Assembly: GCA_964558645.1 (NCBI GenBank)
Contig: CAZLEV010000028.1
Location: 1-21,385, forward strand
Source of the DNA: an uncultured archaeon
Lineage (GTDB): Archaea; Asgardarchaeota; Thorarchaeia; Thorarchaeales; Thorarchaeaceae
Length of the DNA: 21,385 bases
Direction: 5' to 3'
Part shown: in pieces, positions 17,994-21,385 of the stretch
Layout: every line of letters starts with the position of its first letter
How positions within the stretch are numbered: position 1 is the stretch's first letter
Position numbers and translations under genes: made by a program
Notes under the pieces: model-generated
Databases searched by the model: none
The model's input: the letters and a program-made list of their open reading frames with translations, nothing else
Told to the model about the DNA's origin: nothing

Positions 17994-19004
17994 TCATATC
18001 CTCTTTCCGAAGGCCGTCTCGAACTTGTCCTCGAAATACACCAACGCATCCGAGACCGCAGAGGGATCACTGGTGCAGATGCCGGCCTCCAGATTGCGGT
18101 CCATGGACGTCCTGACAAGGTTCGCAGACCCGATGTAGAGCTCCTTGTTGTCGACGAGAATCAACTTCGCATGGAGGAAGTCTTCAGTCTCCACGAGGAA
18201 CTCCCGCTTCCAGAGGGTCCTGACCATCTCCTTGTGCTGGTCCTCCTTTCCCGGTTCGGGTCTTCGCACAAGGATTTTCACCGTGATGTTCCGCTCCTGT
18301 TTCAGCTCAGTCAGCTTCTCGACAATCTCGTCTATGCCCCAAATCCACGGCGTGGCAATCAACACCTTCTGCTCCGCCTTCTCTATCATGCCAATCAGCG
18401 CTGGAGCTATCTCCCGATCAGCCACAAACAGGACATCCGAGGCGGAAGTCTGCTTCTCAGGTACGACTTGTGGCTCGCTGGAGACCGACCGTACTTGCTG
18501 TTTCAGGTCTTCAGCCACCTCGAGCGCCCCTGAGTAGCGACGGATGTCATGGCTATCGTCCGAGTAGTGTAGCCCCTTCTTTGCCACGTCCGACAGCACC
18601 AAACTCCAGTCCTCAAGCAACTCCATCGGGATGTCGATGAGGGCGGCATTGGTATCACACCAGTGGGAGTGTATCTCGCTGGAGATGCCTAGGATCTCCT
18701 CGTATCTTCGTTCATCGTGTTCAGTACGGGCCCACTCCTCCCCCTCTCTCGCAATCGCATACAGTCGTTTACTCCAGATCTCGACCAGCTCCCGCTGAAA
18801 GATCATGCTCTCTGGTTCGCCACTCGCTTCCTTTGCACACTTGGGACAGCCCTCTGATGCGAGATACCAGCGTCCACAATCGGAGCACTTCACAACCTCT
18901 GCAGTCTTGGTCATCTGATAGTGATGCATACACAGGGGATAAAACCGTTCATTTTTGGTTGGACAAACTTGGACAGCAGAGTGATGTCCGTCCAGAAACG
19001 GCAC
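17994..19004 (-). CDS. Zn-ribbon + tandem Nudix_N-like helical repeats + PLD (HKD) nuclease-like domain
   Basis: CSDC...CPKC; two repeats of W...L..(I/V)A..G......HD.RRY; HAKLILVD...IGSANL. Start codon uncertain (19004, 18929 or 18914). Confidence 0.8.
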   Translation of the reverse strand: MPFLDGHHSAVQVCPTKNERFYPLCMHHYQMTKTAEVVKCSDCGRWYLASEGCPKCAKEASGEPESMIFQRELVEIWSKRLYAIAREGEEWARTEHDERRYEEILGISSEIHSHWCDTNAALIDIPMELLEDWSLVLSDVAKKGLHYSDDSHDIRRYSGALEVAEDLKQQVRSVSSEPQVVPEKQTSASDVLFVADREIAPALIGMIEKAEQKVLIATPWIWGIDEIVEKLTELKQERNITVKILVRRPEPGKEDQHKEMVRTLWKREFLVETEDFLHAKLILVDNKELYIGSANLVRTSMDRNLEAGICTSDPSAVSDALVYFEDKFETAFGKRI

Positions 19005-19257
19005 TGGACCAACTCTGTGAGGCCGAAATATCTGTCATCTTGACCTCAGGATGAGGTGTCCAGATCAAACTATTTGAACTCCTACGCAGTGTTTCATGGG
19101 GCCAGCTCAGAGATGTCTAACTCAGCCCGAATACCAAGGAGATGTTCCCAACTCGCTCTTCCTACTGCAGATTTGACAGACCATCTCAATGCCTCATAGG
19201 AGGCGAATCTTCCCGCCCTATTAAGTAAACTCCTCCCCTAGAGTTTCAAATACATCC

Positions 19258-20496
19258 TTAGATCCCGTAGAGCTTCTCAAGCTCTTCTCTGACTATTTTC
19301 CTGTGATTACTCCTGGTGTAGACCCTTATCTCCTTCTTTGCGATGCGCGAGAAGTGAGGTCGGAATTCGACTAAGTTGACGATGTCTTTGGAATCGGTCT
19401 TGATGCGTACCGGATTGGTCTGTTCCTGAAACTTGACGAACTCATTACTCAACTCCTCATAGAAGACCCATCTCGGGTCAACACCGATTGAGGAACTGAA
19501 GTCTTGACGTTCCTGAGGCGCACTGAGGTCCTGCAAGTCAGTATAGCGGTCATCTGGCTCTTCCCTGTCATATACTATAGCCGAGCCCGCCGGCTTCAAG
19601 GGTCTTCTGTGGAAGAAGTCCTCAATCATCTCAGAGAGGATTGTAGCTCCTGTGCAGGCATCCTTCATCTGATGCAAGAGGTATCCATCGGTGTAGCTGT
19701 TCCATTCATTGGGGTTGAGGCTCTGAACCGCATCTCCATCATAGACGTTTCCCTTCTCGACAAGCATCTGATGGATTCTCTCTAACAGCAATCGGAATGC
19801 AACCACAGTCTTGTGATTATAGATTGCCTCATACATGTGATATCGGGCCAAGAGGAAGTTCTCGACTGCTGTAATCCCCTTTTCCTGGAAACACAATCCT
19901 TCGTCATCATAGTCCATTATCTCCGCAATCCGGTTGAGGTCGATGCCACCGTAAGTCACACCCGTATGGTACGCATCTCTGAGAAGATAATCAATTCTGT
20001 CCACATCGATGTCTGATGACATGAGATAAGCGAAGATGGGGTTATCGATTTCCCCTGCGATAGTCTGTGCTATCTCTTCTCTGTCTTCGGGCTTTTTGAT
20101 CACAGAACGAAGATCAGGCTGTTCGATTATTCTCTCAGCCATTTCTTCATGTGAGAGGAACCTCCCTTTCTTTGATTCCCATTTCCTTATCATGTGTGAG
20201 AAAGGGAAGTGTCCTATGTCGTGTAGCAATGCAGCCAATTTGAGGACTCTTTGCTCGTCACCATTGATTGCTCCTCGTTCGGCGAGCTTATTGGCAAAGG
20301 TGACCATGACCTGATACACACCCAGTGAGTGTGAAAAGCGGGTATGCTGAGCGGTAGGATAGACCAAGTAGGCTGGTCCGTTTTGATGAATCCGATGAAG
20401 TCGTTGAAAAGGAAGTGAATCAACGACTGCCAGTTCCTCTGCATCCAAAGTGATGTAGCCGTGGAGTGGGTCGTAGATCTTCTTCAAAGAATTCAC
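19258..20496 (-). CDS. HD-domain phosphohydrolase, YwfO/SAMHD1-like dNTP triphosphohydrolase family
   Basis: IYDPLHG, FQRLHRIHQ, HTRFSHSLGV, AALLHDIGHFPFSH, DVDRIDYLLRD, IYNHK. Confidence 0.92.
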   Translation of the reverse strand: MNSLKKIYDPLHGYITLDAEELAVVDSLPFQRLHRIHQNGPAYLVYPTAQHTRFSHSLGVYQVMVTFANKLAERGAINGDEQRVLKLAALLHDIGHFPFSHMIRKWESKKGRFLSHEEMAERIIEQPDLRSVIKKPEDREEIAQTIAGEIDNPIFAYLMSSDIDVDRIDYLLRDAYHTGVTYGGIDLNRIAEIMDYDDEGLCFQEKGITAVENFLLARYHMYEAIYNHKTVVAFRLLLERIHQMLVEKGNVYDGDAVQSLNPNEWNSYTDGYLLHQMKDACTGATILSEMIEDFFHRRPLKPAGSAIVYDREEPDDRYTDLQDLSAPQERQDFSSSIGVDPRWVFYEELSNEFVKFQEQTNPVRIKTDSKDIVNLVEFRPHFSRIAKKEIRVYTRSNHRKIVREELEKLYGI

Positions 20497-20521
20497 AGCC
20501 CTCGCACTATTGTCTAAGGGA

Positions 20522-21031
20522 CTATGGACGTATGAGGCCTACTTCACTCATCAACCTGCAGACCCTGGTGGCTTGTTCCAGACGAAATTCCGGTTTCCGT
20601 TGTCGAAGTCGTTCTACTATCTCTTTGCAGTTCCCTCTGTCTCGCAGAGTTCGTCTAGCTAAGAAATGTAGTGAGGCAGCCAACTCGAATCGCTCGTAAT
20701 CCTTGAGTCCAGGGGTTATACCTCTCAGATGTTGGAGAAACTCTCTCATCCTCTCAAGATTCTCTCTGTTCTCCTCTATACTGTAGGGCTCAGCGAGTTT
20801 GTCTAATTTGGACGAATCCATACTAGCAAGAGCAAAACCATCATCTGCTAGTTGAGTCGAATAAGGGCCATGTAGATACCAATTGAAAGGATACCAGATG
20901 TCAACATCGAAGGCCTGTAAGAGATACGTCATCTTCTGGAACTCGACTCTCTGGCTCAGAGTATCCATACTAATCCCTTCACCGAGGAAATCAAGAAACT
21001 TCCGAAGTCTGAATCTTTTCTCAAAACCCAA
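20522..21031 (-). CDS. YwgA/DUF4065 (SocA/Panacea)-like protein
   Basis: RVEFQKMTYLLQ...YPFNWYLHGPYSTQLADD and FELAASLHFL. AGGAGG upstream of the TTG; 25 nt from the HD gene. Confidence 0.75.
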   Translation of the reverse strand: MGFEKRFRLRKFLDFLGEGISMDTLSQRVEFQKMTYLLQAFDVDIWYPFNWYLHGPYSTQLADDGFALASMDSSKLDKLAEPYSIEENRENLERMREFLQHLRGITPGLKDYERFELAASLHFLARRTLRDRGNCKEIVERLRQRKPEFRLEQATRVCRLMSEVGLIRP

Positions 21032-21254
21032 CTCAATGCCTCCTTTGTTATCTGAGATTAGTTAAGTAGTAGAGAATATAGGCTCCACGATATACCTGTT
21101 ATCTCTATCTCCGTCTAGACCCTTCACAGAAGTCCCTCTTTAATCCATCGTCAACAGACTACTGTTCTCAATTCTGTTAGTGGACTAAATTACCTTCTGT
21201 ACGAAACAAATAAGCGGAGATTTGCAGATTGCCTAATCGAAGGGAGTTTCACAG

Positions 21255-21385
21255 ATGGCCCGAGTACATGGCGTTCCCGGCTCAGAAAGGGTTCTTGTCC
21301 AGAATCTTCGAAAACGAGGGATCAAGGGAATAGACTCCCTGAGTGATGTAGAGTGGCACATCGCAGAGTCAGATGGCATCATCGC
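21255..21385 (+). CDS. Start of a divergent gene, truncated by the window end
   Basis: AGGGAG at 21241, then ATG and an open frame MARVHGVPGSERVLVQNLRKRGIKGIDSLSDV.... Confidence 0.5.
   Translation, partial: MARVHGVPGSERVLVQNLRKRGIKGIDSLSDVEWHIAESDGII

Noticed and set aside
1-21385. tRNA, rRNA, CRISPR array, integrase or TnpA transposase
   Set aside because: None recognisable by eye; a tnpA gene could lie upstream of the window.

Overview
Prokaryotic, probably archaeal, accessory/defence-island window; the taxon cannot be established from this sequence alone. Left to right: a 5'-truncated TnpB with a rearranged RuvC site and a long structured 3' region; a ClpP/SppA-fold serine protease plus a small ORF; a membrane protein; a truncated hsdM; an SF2 helicase; and a ~470-nt structured non-coding segment sharing three collinear motifs with the TnpB 3' end (candidate orphan omega-RNA-like element). 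Next is a convergent MjaII/TdeIII-like type II R-M pair interleaved with two full-length paralogous Zn-binding PD-(D/E)xK-like nucleases. The right part holds a DUF6884-like gene, decayed ORFs, a small Zn protein coupled to a membrane-anchored protein, a Zn-ribbon/2xNudix_N/PLD fusion, and a YwgA/Panacea-like gene paired with an HD phosphohydrolase. Family assignments come from motif recognition by eye, not database searches.
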